A stretch of DNA of 63,987 nucleotides, counting the filler, from Octopus bimaculoides (lineage: Eukaryota), in NCBI RefSeq assembly GCF_001194135.2. It is 8 parts of 7 records of this genome, joined end to end, with 100 filler letters (N's around TTAATTAATTAA, not from the genome) between each part and the next. Parts side by side here need not be neighbours in the genome. Positions count along the whole stretch, not along the records: positions 1 to 23,265 come from NC_068982.1; 7 more parts are not named here. The stretch is one strand, 5' to 3'. Both the position numbers and the translations under genes were made by a program. A model generated the notes under the pieces. The model made no database searches. It saw nothing but the letters and a program-made list of their open reading frames with translations, and was not told where the DNA came from. Shown one piece after another: positions 1-12,178 of this stretch (within the stretch, counting starts at the first letter, position 1; every line of letters begins with the position of its first letter).

Positions 1-477
1 ATATATATATATATATATAATGACAACTATATATATACAGATTCAAGCTATCACTGGAGCAATAAAAATCTGTAAAACATTCTAAAAGTTTATCATTTAA
101 GTATATATGAGCATGTCTAGATATGCAACTATATGCATGAAAATACAATCATAAAACAAAACATACAAATCTGCACATATACATACATACATACATACAT
201 ATATACCCTCTTGATGTTGAAATTCTAATGAAGAAACCTTGGATCTAGGTTAGAAACCAGCACTTTATTGGCAAGAAATCTTGAAATAAAAACTGAATAA
301 TGACGTATATACATACATTCACACACAAGTGCACATACATGTACATATATGTCAGCAACATCATAATTTTCATAACTTCAAACTTTCTGTTGTGCCACCT
401 TACTTTATATAATTATTATATGATTGAATATCACATTGTTGTTGGTACTCAATAATATTTCATTTATTCTTCTTCAG

Positions 478-705
478 GATATACCCATTCTCACTTTGGA
501 GGAAGCAGCAACATTTCCTCTCCATATCTGTTTCAACGTTGTCTACGTAACACCATGTGAGACTGTACCTTTACCAACATTGCCAACCCTTACAAATGAA
601 GACTGGGACAAGATAGATGATATTCAAGGCATGCCAAGCTCTTCAGTTCACCTGGATTCTACACTCAATCCTGAGTCCTTATTAAGCAACAGTTCTGCAG
701 AGTAA
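478..705 (+). CDS. Putative coding exon (possibly terminal) of an unidentified host gene
   Basis: Pyrimidine tract and CAG acceptor (catttattcttcttcag, ending 477) followed by a 225-nt open, non-repetitive frame DIPILTLEEAATFPLHICFNVVYVTPCE...SNSSAE*; protein family not recognised. Confidence 0.45.
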   Translation, partial: DIPILTLEEAATFPLHICFNVVYVTPCETVPLPTLPTLTNEDWDKIDDIQGMPSSSVHLDSTLNPESLLSNSSAE

Positions 706-935
706 ACTAGTTAACCTGCCTGATCTAATTTCATCCGCTAATCCAGGCGAAATGGCTTCCATCAATCTAGTTTATTTTATTTTTTTTCCATGCCTCACCT
801 CCAGCTCTCTCTCTCTGTTCATTCACTAAATATTGTGGTCATCTATCACTTGATTCCTGATACCATGTCAACACACTGCATTCATTGAAAAGTTAAGTTT
901 AACATTTTGATCAATGCACCACTCACAATCACAAA

Positions 936-972
<37 letters not shown>

Positions 973-1435
973 NNNNNNNNNNNNNNNNNNNNNNNNNNNN
1001 NNNNNNNNNNNNNNNNNNNNNNNNNNNNNNNNNNNNNNNNNNNNNNNNNNNNNNNNNNNNNNNNNNNNNNNNNNNNNNNNNNNNNNNNNNNNNNNNNNNN
1101 NNNNNNNNNNNNNNNNNNNNNNNNNNNNNNNNNNNNNNNNNNNNNNNNNNNNNNNNNNNNNNNNNNNNNNNNNNNNNNNNNNNNNNNNNNNNNNNNNNNN
1201 NNNNNNNNNNNNNNNNNNNNNNNNNNNNNNNNNNNNNNNNNNNNNNNNNNNNNNNNNNNNNNNNNNNNNNNNNNNNNNNNNNNNNNNNNNNNNNNNNNNN
1301 NNNNNNNNNNNNNNNNNNNNNNNNNNNNNNNNNNNNNNNNNNNNNNNNNNNNNNNNNNNNNNNNNNNNNNNNNNNNNNNNNNNNNNNNNNNNNNNNNNNN
1401 TTGTGGGCAGTAAAAAAATAGGAAGTGATTGTTTT

Positions 1436-1665
1436 GGCAACGAGCTGGCAGAAACGTTAGCACACCGGGCGAAATGCTTAGCGGTATTTTGTCTGCTGCT
1501 ACATTCTGAGTTCAAATTCCGCCGAGGTCGACTTTGCCTTTCATCCTTTCAGGGTCGATAAATTAAGTACCAGTTATGCACTGGGGTCGATATAATCAAC
1601 TTAATCCGTTTGTCTGTCCTTGTTTGTCCCCTTTGTGTGTAGCCCCTTGTGGGCAGTAAAAAAAT
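1436..1665 (+). mobile_element. tRNA-derived SINE family A, young copy
   Basis: Head ggcaacgagctggcagaaacgttagc, B-box-like gagttcaaattcc, conserved core cctttcatcctttcaggg..gataaattaagtaccagtt; flanked by direct repeat aggaagtgattgtttt (1420-1435 and 1666-1681). Confidence 0.85.
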
Positions 1666-1731
1666 AGGAAGTGATTGTTTTGTTTATCTATTGATAGTCT
1701 TGTAAAACATGTTGCTGTTATTATTATTCTG

Positions 1732-2155
1732 AAGGCAGTGAGCTGGCACCATCGTTAGCACACAGGGCAAAATGCTTAGCAGCATTTCATCTGTCTTTAT
1801 GGTCTGAGTTCAAATTCTGCCGGGGTCAACTTTGCCTTTCATCCTTTCGGGGCCAATAAATTAAGTACCAGTGACTACTCCCCTGCCTCCAAATTTCAAG
1901 CCTTGTGCCTTTAGAAGAAAGGATTATTAGTGTAAGAAGAAAGGTGAGCTGGTAGAATCGTTAGCATGCCAGGCAAAATGCTTAGTGGCATTTCATCCGT
2001 CTTTACGCTCTGAGTTCAAATTCCATCAAGGTTGACTTTGCCTTTCATCCCTTTATGGGTCGATGAAATAAGTACCAGTTGTGTACTGGGGTTGCTGTAA
2101 TCAACTTACCCCTTTCCCTGAACTTGCTGGCTTTGTGTCAAAATTTAGAATTATT
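1732..2155 (+). mobile_element. Two adjacent older SINE-A copies
   Basis: The gagctggc..cgttagca..gagttcaaatt..ctttcatcc..aagtaccag motif series starts at about 1732 and again at about 1941. Confidence 0.8.
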
Positions 2156-2629
2156 ATTAGTGTTATTGTCAATAACTTGTTGACTATCATCATCATCTTT
2201 TAGTGTTCATCTCCCATACTGGCATGGGTTGGATAGTTGAGCAGCACCTGACAGTTCCAAGAACTGCATTGTGCTCCAGTATCTGCTTTGGCATGGTTTC
2301 TACTGCTGGATGCCCTTCCTAATGTTGGCCACTTTACAGAGTGTACTGGGTGCTTTTCTGAAGCACCAACATTGAGGTTACCATGTAGCTTGCAGAGACA
2401 AATAAAAAATATCCTTGGGGTTATAATAGAGAGGGAGACAGCTTTATGCTAAGAAATGAGGGATACAATTATAAGCAGAATTAGAATAGATTTCTTGTTG
2501 TAGAAGAGTTACATGGCTACATGTTTGATCACATTATATCAGACTGAGTAGGAGTAACCAGGGTCAAGCTAGAGAGAGATAAAATAGTGGTGAAGCATCA
2601 GGATCGATCCCTGAAGGTACAAGAAGGAG

Positions 2630-3345
2630 AACCGAAGTGGGTGGGGGCAGAAAATCAGTGGGTGTGGGTGGAGGCAGAAAATCAGTGGGTGTACGTGGGA
2701 GCAGAAAACCAGGAGTCGTGGGTTGGGCAGAAAACCAGGGGTCATGGTTCATCATCATCGTCGTTTAACGTCCGCTTTCCATGCTAGCATGGGTTGGACG
2801 ATTCGACTGAGGACTGGTGGACCAGGAGGCGACACCAGACTCCAATCTGATTTGGCAGAGTTTCTACAGCTGGATGCCCTTCCTAACACCAACCACTCTG
2901 AGAGTGTAGTGGGTGTTTTAAGTGCCACCGGCACGAGGGCCAGTCAGGCGGTACTGGCGATGGCCACACTCGAAATGGTGTATTTTACGNNNNNNNNNNT
3001 TCATCATCATCGTCGTTTAACGTCCGCTTTCCATGCTAGCATGGGTTGGACGATTCGACTGAGGACTGGTGGACCAGGAGGCGACACCAGACTCCAATCT
3101 GATTTGGCAGAGTTTCTACAGCTGGATGCCCTTCCTAACACCAACCACTCTGAGAGTGTAGTGGGTGTTTTAAGTGCCACCGGCACGAGGGCCAGTCAGG
3201 CGGTACTGGCGATGGCCACACTCGAAATGGTGTATTTTACGTGCCCAGGAGGTGTGGGTGGGAGCAGAAAACCAAGGGTGGTGGGTGGTGGCAGAAAACC
3301 AGGGTGCATGAGTGGGTAAAGGCTGCAAGAGTGCAGAAAATCACT
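2630..3345 (+). repeat. G-rich ~27-30 bp minisatellite interrupted by a family-D insertion
   Basis: Units like gcagaaaa(t/c)cagtgggtgtgggtggag at 2630-2745, resuming at 3245-3345. Confidence 0.65.
2751..3245 (-). mobile_element. Family D: RTE-type LINE 3' end or RTE-tailed SINE (apparent duplication across N gap)
   Basis: (CAT)n tail then gtttaacgtccgctttccatgctagcatggg and ggatgcccttcctaacaccaacc, a motif typical of RTE 3' ends; many further copies in the window. Confidence 0.65.
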
Positions 3346-3712
3346 CAGCTGGCTGGCCACTTCTACCAAATTAACAGAAAAACGAGAGCTGATAATGGTA
3401 ATTATGAGCTTCAAGTTTCTTCTTGGTGTGGAATGCAATCCCTTCAACATAGGTTTAGTGGTCAGTGATTTCAAATTGAAGGCATGGGAGGTTAAGAAAC
3501 TTTGTTGTGGCTCAAATATGAGTTAGGTCTTGCTGTATATTCATGTATGTATGAAAAAAAGTAAATTTCAGATATGTATGAAAAAATTTTAGCTGAGGTT
3601 TCAGGTTCAGTCCCACTGTGTAGCACCTTGCACAAGTGTCTACTACTAAAGCCCCAAGTTGACTAATGCGTTGTTAATGAATTCAGTACACAAAACTGTG
3701 TGGCAACCAGTT

Positions 3713-3781
<69 letters not shown>

Positions 3782-3914
3782 GGGCTTAAAGTAATGAAAA
3801 ACTTTACCTTTTTGCCTTCATCAGCGTCTATATATATATATAAGAGAGTATTGTAGTTCGCTTGAAGCATTGTGTATTGTTTGTAAAGAATAAAAAGTTT
3901 AGAAAGGTATAACA

Positions 3915-4292
3915 ATGCACTATAAAACAAAAAATGGACTATATACCTGTTGTAACTTGGTTTTACAACAAAAAAAAAAAAGGAAGGGCAAAAAAAAAAA
4001 AGAGAAGCTGCACGTATAACACATAACTTAGAAGCAGCGCCACAGATGTATCAACACAACACACATGAGATTGAAACAGCCGACCTCACGCACTTCTCAT
4101 GAGGAATTCCAGAAGAAGCTTCATGAGACCACTACTGAGATGCTTCCGAAAAAAGGAAAACCGTTGGAAAACAGTTTCTAGCAGAGACTCTAGCAAATAA
4201 GATCTGAAGAAGGAATTCTAATTCCAAAATATCGGACTATAGATAACCAAGTTATAACAGGTATATAGTCCATTTTTTGTTCTATAGTGCAT
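3915..4292 (+). mobile_element. Penelope-like relic with outward inverted ends and a degenerate hammerhead motif
   Basis: 46/48-bp inverted repeat 3915-3962 / 4245-4292; CTGAAGA-a-GGAAT-tcta-ATTCC-aAAA-TA-TC at 4204-4233 just before the right arm. Confidence 0.55.
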
Positions 4293-4335
4293 ATATATAT
4301 ATATATATATATTATATCGTACAAAATGTGGATAT

Positions 4336-5082
4336 AGGCATAGGAATGGTTGTGTTGTATTAAGCATGCTTCCCAACCATATGATTCCAGGTTCAGTTCC
4401 ACAATGTGGCATCTTGAGCCTTTTGCTATAGCCTTGTATCAACCAAATCCTTGTGAGTGAATTTGGTAGGCTGAAACTGAAAGAAGCCCATCATATATAT
4501 ATTTATATATATATATTANNNNNNNNNNNNNNNNNNNNNNNNNNNNNNNNNNNNNNNNNNNNNNNNNNNNNNNNNNNNNNNNNNNNNNNNNNNNNNNNNN
4601 NNNNNNNNNNNNNNGTTATTATGCAAAAGTGTCATAGGTCCAAAACTTTTCAAAAAATGGAAAAATAGTTTCACCATTCCCTAGCAAAACCATTGTACTA
4701 CACTTTGACAATTTTCTATATCTGAAGCAGTTGGAGATACAATAGTTTGACCAAAAGAACCAGCTATTGCAAGCAAAAATAAATATTGAAAAAAAACGCA
4801 TTTGGCCAAATTTGAACATACAACAGTTTAACATAATAGCAACGATATATTATCTGTGTCTGTGTTTGTCCCCCACCACTGCTTGACAACTGTTATTGGT
4901 GTGTTTACATCCCTGTAACTAAGCAGTTTGGCCAAAGAGATCGATGGAATAAAGTACCAAGCTTAACAAAATAAATAAGTACTGGGGTTAATTCATTTGA
5001 CTAAAAATTCTTCAAGGCAGTGCCCCAGCATGGCCACAGTCTAATGACTGAAACAAGAAAAAGATAAAAGATACTTTAAGAA
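4336..5082 (+). mobile_element. SINE family B (tRNA head, CORE-like domain, internal microsatellite), split by a gap and another insertion
   Basis: Head 4336-4495 (ggttcagttccac..ttgtgagtgaatttggtag); tail 4852-5082 ending ccagcatggccacagtctaatgactgaaacaag. Confidence 0.75.
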
Positions 5083-5369
5083 CATTGCAATACATCTTCA
5101 GAAAGCATCTCATATAGATGTATCTCACTAAAAAGTACAGAAATCTCACCAGTAGACAAAAAATGTCCAGCACCAGCAGTGGATTTTTTAGATCACATGA
5201 TTTCTATGTGTTCACACTTCACCAGGAGCAGTTATCCACTATCACCGTATGCCAGCCAAAGTTCTTCCATACTGGCTGGCTAGCTCTGATGAGCCAAGTA
5301 CTACACTGTATTCCATTGTCTACTTTGGATGCTCTTCCTAACACCAACCTATATTATGCCTATATAATG

Positions 5370-5400
<31 letters not shown>

Positions 5401-5654
5401 GGGACACCTCATTCAACACTACATCCCTGCTCAGCTTACTGGTCTTGTTAAAGGAATCACTTGGTGACCTCACTAGTGCCAGTACCCACAAAAGAAAAGC
5501 ACTCAGTACATTCTGTACATTTTTTGGCATTAGGAAGGACATCTAGTCTTAGAAGCCACACCAAAGTAGACATGCTGGGCTGTCAGATTTTATCAATCTG
5601 TGCACCCCATGCCAGCATAGAAGACAGATGTTAAGTGGTGATGATGTATATAAA

Positions 5655-6905
5655 TCGGGTCATCCCATAAATAATGCAGTTGACGGGATAAACTACCTGC
5701 ATCAACTTGCTATAAACGCAGCAGGTAGTAATTTTACCTTATCCTTATTCTTAGTGCAAGTTTTGAAGAGTGCAGTTCGATTTTAACAGCTAGTTTTTCC
5801 AAGCTGTAATGGAAATGACAAAGGAGCATATTCAGCATATTTGGCTTTATGAGTTCAATAAAGGCAAAAATGCAATAGAAAGTGCAAGGGATATTAATGC
5901 ATATGGGGATCAGACAATAAGCATAAGCCAGTGTCAAAAATGGTTCCAGAAATTCTGAGCTGGAAACTACAGCCTAGAAGACAAGCCTTGTCCTGGAAGA
6001 TCTGTAGAACTCGACAAGGATGTTCTGCAAACCCTGATGGAACAAAATCCCATCGTAACTGTTGAGGAACTAGCAGAGAAACTTAGATTTAGTCATTCAA
6101 CCATTCATTGACACCTGCATGCCCGTGGAAAAGTCAGCAAATTGGGTCAATGGGTTCCTCACAAACTTTCAGAGTCTAATCATGTGCAGAGAGTGAATTT
6201 GTGCTCTTCTTTGCGGTCACGTCTCACAAACGAACCTTTTCTGGATTGTATAGTGACTGGGGATGAAAAATGGGTTCTCTATAAAAAATGTCAAGCGCCG
6301 AAGACAGTGGGTAGGGAAAGGAGAAACACTGGCACCCCAGGTTAAAGGTCTTCACCCACATAAGGTGTTGTTATCTGTTTGGTGGGATATGAAAAGTTTA
6401 AACCACTTTGAACTTTTAAACCCAAAGCAAACAATAACAAAGATCTACTGCAAGCAGCTTGAGCAGCTTAAGTCAGCGCTAGAAGAAAAACGACTATCTT
6501 TAGTTTCAAGACAAAAAGTGTTCTTCCATCAGGATAATACTCAGCCACATTCAGTGAGGATGACATTCCAAAGACTGGAGCAGTTTGAATGGGAAACAAT
6601 GCCTCACCCACCATATTTGCTGGACATTGCCCCATCTGATTATTGTTTATTCTATAGTCTTCAAAATCATTTGGACGGAAAAAATATGAATTCTTGTAGA
6701 CAAGGTCAAAACAGTACTGGAGGAGTATTTTTCGTCATGGACAAGTGAATTTTGGAAGAGGGGCCTTGCAAGTCTATCAAATAGGTAGAAGAGTATTGTA
6801 GAAAATGAAGGAGAGTATATTTTAGATTAAAAAATAACTTTGGTCATCTTAATTTTGAAAAATAAAAGAAGTATAAAAAAATGTATTATTTATGGGATGA
6901 CCCAA
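5655..6905 (+). mobile_element. Full-length mariner DNA transposon (defective)
   Basis: TIRs tcgggtcatcccataaataatgca (5655) and tgtattatttatgggatgacccaa (to 6905), 22/24 match, TA at right end; about 1.25 kb. Confidence 0.93.
5809..6832 (+). pseudogene. Mariner transposase pseudogene (D,D34D type)
   Basis: MEMTKEHIQH.., WVPHKL, IVTGDEKWV, FFHQDN, HPPYLLDIAPSDY motifs; in-frame stops and a frameshift near 6285. Confidence 0.92.
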
Positions 6906-7479
6906 TATATTATATGGGCACAGGCCCCTGGTATTCCCAAATACCTGGGAGACAATTGCTAAGGACCGCTCAGTGGTGGCATGTCATTGTCAAGGGAATG
7001 GACCAGATGGAAAATAACAGATGTCAAGAGACAGAGATCAAACATTGAAGATGCAAAGAGCAATTCATACTTCCTCATCATCCACCAACCCTACCCTGCA
7101 ATAAATTCCCCCCTCCCCAGCTCTTCTATGCTACCTTTAGCCTGAACAGCCACCTCAGGTACCAGCACCCTCCGCGCTCATCAAGATGAAGAGGCTTGGA
7201 CATGAGTAATGAGGCTTAAGAAATTGACTTCCCAACCATGTGGTTTTGCGTCCAGTTCCACTTGGTCAAGTGTCTTCTAATGTTTGCTGTTCAATTGATT
7301 GGAAGATAATCACCTCCCTTTGAAAAGTGGATGGTTAGCAATAGGAAGAGTATCCAGCCGTAAGTAAAAAAAAAAAAAAAATTTTAACATATTCTCATCT
7401 GGCAAATGCAAGCTGGGAAAAAGTGGACATTAAATGATGATGATATTTCTGTTTTCTTTGTGTGGCTTTTGTGGCTGAT

Positions 7480-8385
7480 TTTCAAGCAATATCTAATAAG
7501 GGTATTTGTTTGGTGTCGCAGTGTGGTTATAATTATTTGAGGTTACTATGACATGCAGTGTGACCATTGTTATTGATGCTACTAATTACTTTATACAGTA
7601 TTTTACTGATTCTTTTGTAGTTTATGTTAGATACAGATGTTTACCATTCTTGTATGTTTTTTCTCTAGAGTTTATTATCTTCTTAATTTCCTTATTTAGT
7701 TGTTTGATGCTGAGCTTTATTTCAGCTGTGTGTGCGGCGTTGGTGCATTGTGTTTGAGAGTGTCTCTGGTTTTTATGAAGCTGGCTGTTTCTTGTGCGTT
7801 ACTGGGTTGTATTTTTTTTTTATATTGCCTTTTGGGATGTGTCTGTAATTATTTTGTTGTATGTACATACTGCAGTGTCTGTATTGGTGATAGTCTTGTT
7901 GAATTCTGGAAACCATGATTTGGTTTCTTAATTGATCTTGTTCTATTGGGTTTTATTCGTCTTTTTCATTTGTTTCTTGTATTGTTTGAAGTTTGCAAAA
8001 GTGTTTTTGTTTTCTTCATTGATGTGCGTGTATTGTGATGATTGCTAAGTGGTTTGAGGAAAGTTTGGGGGTTTTGTCTGCCAAGTGGCTACCATAGCTA
8101 AGTGTGAGAGCAGAAGGGGTGATGTCTGGAGAAAATTATTGAACTTTGGCTTGGTGAGGAATGCACATGCATTGGTATGGGTTGTTTTGGATGTAAAGGG
8201 AGTTTACTTATGGTTCTGTTTAACCTCTTTTTTTTTTATTGAAAATCAGGAAATGCTGACTGCATTGAAGTCTCCCTTAATGATGGTGATCAGGAAGGCT
8301 TTAAAGTGTTTTAGTTTGGTTGTATAATCTGCTAGGATGGTTGGTGAAATCACTGGTAGTATCGTGAAAAGACATTCGAGCGAGT
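7480..8385 (-). mobile_element. Old LINE fragment (AP-endonuclease end and linker)
   Basis: Minus-strand IIKGDFNA motif near 8260-8290, A/C-rich coding-like strand bias, many stops. Confidence 0.45.
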
Positions 8386-8387
8386 TT

Positions 8388-8610
8388 GTTGCCAGTACCG
8401 CTGGACTGGCTTCTGTGCAGTTGGCATGTAAAAGCACCCACTACACTCTCAGAGTGGTTGGCATTAGGAAGGGCATCCAGCTGTAGAAACTCTGCCAAAT
8501 CAGATTGGAGCCTGGTGTAGCCATCTGGTTCACCAGTCCTCAGTCAAATCGTCCAACCCATGCTAGCATGGAAAGTAGACGTTAAACGACGACGATGATG
8601 ATGATGATGA
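8388..8610 (+). mobile_element. Family D RTE-tail copy
   Basis: Reverse complement of the 2751 copy, ends gacgttaaacgacgacgatgatgatg. Confidence 0.75.
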
Positions 8611-9666
8611 TATATATATATATATATATATTCATGATATTAATGTGCTTCATCTAACACTTTATATTCTTAGTTCAAATTCAAACTGCAATCAGCTTTG
8701 TCTTTCACCCACTCCTGGGTCTACAAAATAAATTACCTATCAAATGCAGATGCAGATTTAATAAGCTGTTCTTCTCCTGCTAAATTTCTGGCCTTGTGTC
8801 TCATCATCATCATCGACGCCATTATCATCATCATTGTTGGTGTCATCTTCATCATCATCATCATCATCACAATCTTCATCAATGTTTTAATGTCCACTTT
8901 ACCATGCTAGCATGGGTTGGACAGAGTTTATTGAGGCAGATTTTCTGCAGCCAGAGACCTTTCCTGTTGCCAACACTCACCTGTTTCCAAGCTAAGTAAT
9001 ATTTCCATGTGGCTGGACATATTTTCACAGAAGATCGGTAATGAATAACATTGCTTTCATGGTAATACTTATTTTGTTCAAATTCCACCAAGGTTGACTT
9101 TGTCTTTCATCCTTTCGGGGACGATAAATTAAGTACCAGTTGCATACTGGAATTGATCTGATTGACTGGCCTCCTCTCCAAAAATTTCGGGCCTTGTGCC
9201 TGGAGTAGAAAAGAAAAGAATACTTATTTGCAACCATTGCACAACATCAAAACAAAAAGATACCAGCCCTCTCTCTCCCTCTTTTTCCCTTTCTCTTTAT
9301 CACTATCTCACACACACATACATTTTGTGTGTGTGTGTGTGTGCTTTCTTTCCTTTGTTAAAGCTCTTTACCTACCAGACTTCCCAAGCACACCCACATG
9401 CTGACATGAACCTAAAACAAAATGACATATACATACAAACACACAACAAGGCATACACAATTCTTTAAAAAAAATACATTAACATGAATTTGATAGAATT
9501 TGTATTACTATTTATTTTCCAAGCACTAGTGTGAACATCTCCCCAGAGGGATGAAAGTCAGAAGTGAGCTCAGTGGGATTTGAACTCATGACACAAAGAA
9601 CTAGAGTAATTCCCACAAGATGTATCTGATACTTTAATAATTCTGCCGAGTGACCTATCTTTGGCA

Positions 9667-9943
9667 GATATCATCATCATCATCAGCATCACCACCATCA
9701 TTATAATCATCATCATGGTCATTGTTGTTGTTGTCACTGTCATCATCATCAACATTATCATCATCACCATCACCACCATCAGCATCATTATTATAATCGT
9801 CATTATCATCATCATCATCATCATCATCATCATTGTCACTGTAGTCACTGTAGTCACTGTCATCGTCGTCGTCGTCATCCTCATCATCATCATGTGCATC
9901 ATCATCATGTGCATCATCATCGTCATCATCATTATCACCATCA
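9667..9943. repeat. Compound (CAT/ATC)n microsatellite
   Basis: Direct inspection. Confidence 0.9.
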
Positions 9944-10061
9944 TTTTAACCCTTTAACATTTAATCCAGTCATATCCGGTCCAAATATTGTTTTATGTTA
10001 AAACTGACCAGATCCAACTTCTCACACCTACCCTACAATGTCATTCTAAAAATATATGAGT

Positions 10062-10555
10062 GGGTATGTGATAATAAGCTCACTTCCCAACCACATGGTT
10101 CCGGGTTCAGTCCCATTGCGTGGCTCCTTGGGCAAGTGCCTTCTACTATAGCCTTGGGCCAACCAAAGCCTTGTGAGTGGATTTGGTAGACGGAAACTTA
10201 AAGAAGCCCATCGTATATATNNNNNNNNNNNNNNNNNNNNNNNNNNNNNNNNNNNNNNNNNNNNNNNNNNNNNNNNNNNNNNNNNNNNNNNNNNNNNNNN
10301 NNNNNNNNNNNNNNNNATATATATATATATATGCATATATATATTTATGTGTTTGTGTGTCTGTGTTTGTTTTCCCCACCATCGCTTGATAACAGATGTT
10401 GGTGTGTTTACATCCCTGTAACTTAGCGGTTCAGCACAAGTCACCGATATAATAAGTACTAGACTTACAAAGAATTAGTTCTGGGGTTGCTTAGTTTAAT
10501 TAATAGTGGTGCACCAGCACAGCTGCAGTCAGATGACTGAAACAAGTAAAAGAAT
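10062..10555 (+). mobile_element. SINE-B nested in the piggyBac-like MITE
   Basis: cttcccaaccacatggttccgggttcagtcccattgcg..ccttgggcaagtg head; tail ..gatgactgaaacaagtaaaag. Confidence 0.8.
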
Positions 10556-10606
10556 AACAGGATATGCACCATTGAAATCTTGAAGCTACAAGACAATGCT
10601 TGATTA

Positions 10607-10718
10607 CATTATTTACATTCAACGGATATTTGTCCTCATCTTGTTGAGGACAAATATCCGTCGAATATAAATAATGTACATAATGTACATAATTCCTCAT
10701 CTCTTAAATATAGAACTG
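10607..10718 (+). mobile_element. Fold-back remnant of the hammerhead-SINE family (3' end only)
   Basis: Near-perfect hairpin of the same 3' end as the 12179 element; flanked by caatg(c/t)ttgatta duplication (10594-10606 / 10719-10731). Confidence 0.7.
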
Positions 10719-11279
10719 CAATGTTTGATTAATTCAAAACAACCTGAATAAATACGCAATACATTTGACAGAATAATCAGAATGCTAAAGGGTTAATGTT
10801 CAGATTTCCATGCTTGCATGGGTCAGAACAGAATTTGTTGAAGCGAATTTTCTACGGCTAGATGCCCTTCCTGTCACCAACCCTTATTTGTTACTAAGCA
10901 AAGCAATAAGTTTTCTGTGGAAAGCTTGACAAACAATACTGCTTGTATAACAGTGATGCTCATTTACGACTGTTGTGATAGACAAGGAAGTACAAACACG
11001 CACCACATATATGTATATACACTACATATATCTTTTATTTTTTTACTTGTTTCAGCCATTAGACTTCAGCCAAGCTGGGGCACCACCCTAAAGAGTTTTT
11101 AGTCAAATGAATCAACCCCTGTACCTTTATTTTCTTTTGTTAAGCTTGGTACCTATTTTATCAGTCTCTTTTGCTGAATCGCTAAGATACAGGAATGTAA
11201 ACACACCAACACCAGTTGTCAAGTGGTGGTGGGGCACAAATACAGATACAAAGACAGACAGACACACACACACACACCT

Positions 11280-11313
<34 letters not shown>

Positions 11314-12178
11314 TCTCTCTCTCTCTCACACTTTCTTTTTCTCACCCACATACACACTCTCTCTCGTTCTCTCTCTCCCTCTCTCTCTCTCTCACACACA
11401 AGCACACAATACAGAACACAACTCTTTAGCTCAGATAAGCAGGCGTGGCCATATGGTTAAGAAGTTCACTTCACAACCACATGGCTTCTGGTTTAATCAC
11501 AGTATACAGCACCTTTGGCAAGTATCTTCCACTATAGCCCAGGACACACCAAATTCTTGTGAGTGGGTTGGGAGAAAAAAACTGAAAACCTATCATATAT
11601 ATTTTTATTACTAACAACAGAAGCTGTATTAGTTCAAAGTAGCAATCTGTGCATCATATTTAGAGCAGATACATATAGTACGATCTACTGTTTTATTGCT
11701 CTCACAGTATCTTAGAGGTGATGGAAACAATTGTTAATAATCATCTCCCTTTAATCATTCTCCTTCCTCAGTAATCACCAGTGTGCTTTCATTAAAGCTA
11801 GACTTTTGCTTTACGTTACTTTGAGAAGGAAAGAGGTGATGAATTAGGCTGGTTAGGCTATGGGTAGTGCAGAGAGAAGAGAGAACATCTCTTTTATCTG
11901 TTATTTGTTTCAGTCATTAGACTGCAGCCATGCTCAGGCACCACCTGGAAGTGTTTAGTTGAACTAATTAGCCCTACTACTTATTTTTTAAAGCCTAGTA
12001 CTTGTTTTACCAGTCTCTTTAAAAAACAAAAAAGTTACCTTCTCAAGCCATGCTGCCTCATAAGGGCCAGTTTCCCGGTTTCGTGGCTTATAAATTCCCC
12101 ACCTGGACAGGATACCGGTCCATCACAGGATTACTCCTTTTTGTCAGCTGAGTGGACTGGAGCAACATGAAACGAAGT

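Larger units (their letters stand above)
9950..10792. mobile_element. piggyBac-like MITE carrying nested insertions
   Basis: TTAA|ccctttaacatt ... aatgctaaaggg|TTAA: TIRs with TTAA target duplication at 9946-9949 and 10793-10796. Confidence 0.7.

Noticed and set aside
225-260. Hammerhead-like ctaatga-..aacct/aggtt-a-gaaac
   Set aside because: Core has a G5A change, spacing is off and no helix I or UH site can be placed; at best a PLE terminal relic.
1401-1435. Extra SINE-A tail and TSD right after the gap
   Set aside because: Cannot distinguish a tandem SINE insertion from a contig-end artefact.
2751-3240. Apparent tandem duplications around short N gaps (also 19017-19205, 34060-34220, 63265-63470)
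   Set aside because: Near-identical sequence on both sides of a gap indicates unmerged contig overlaps.
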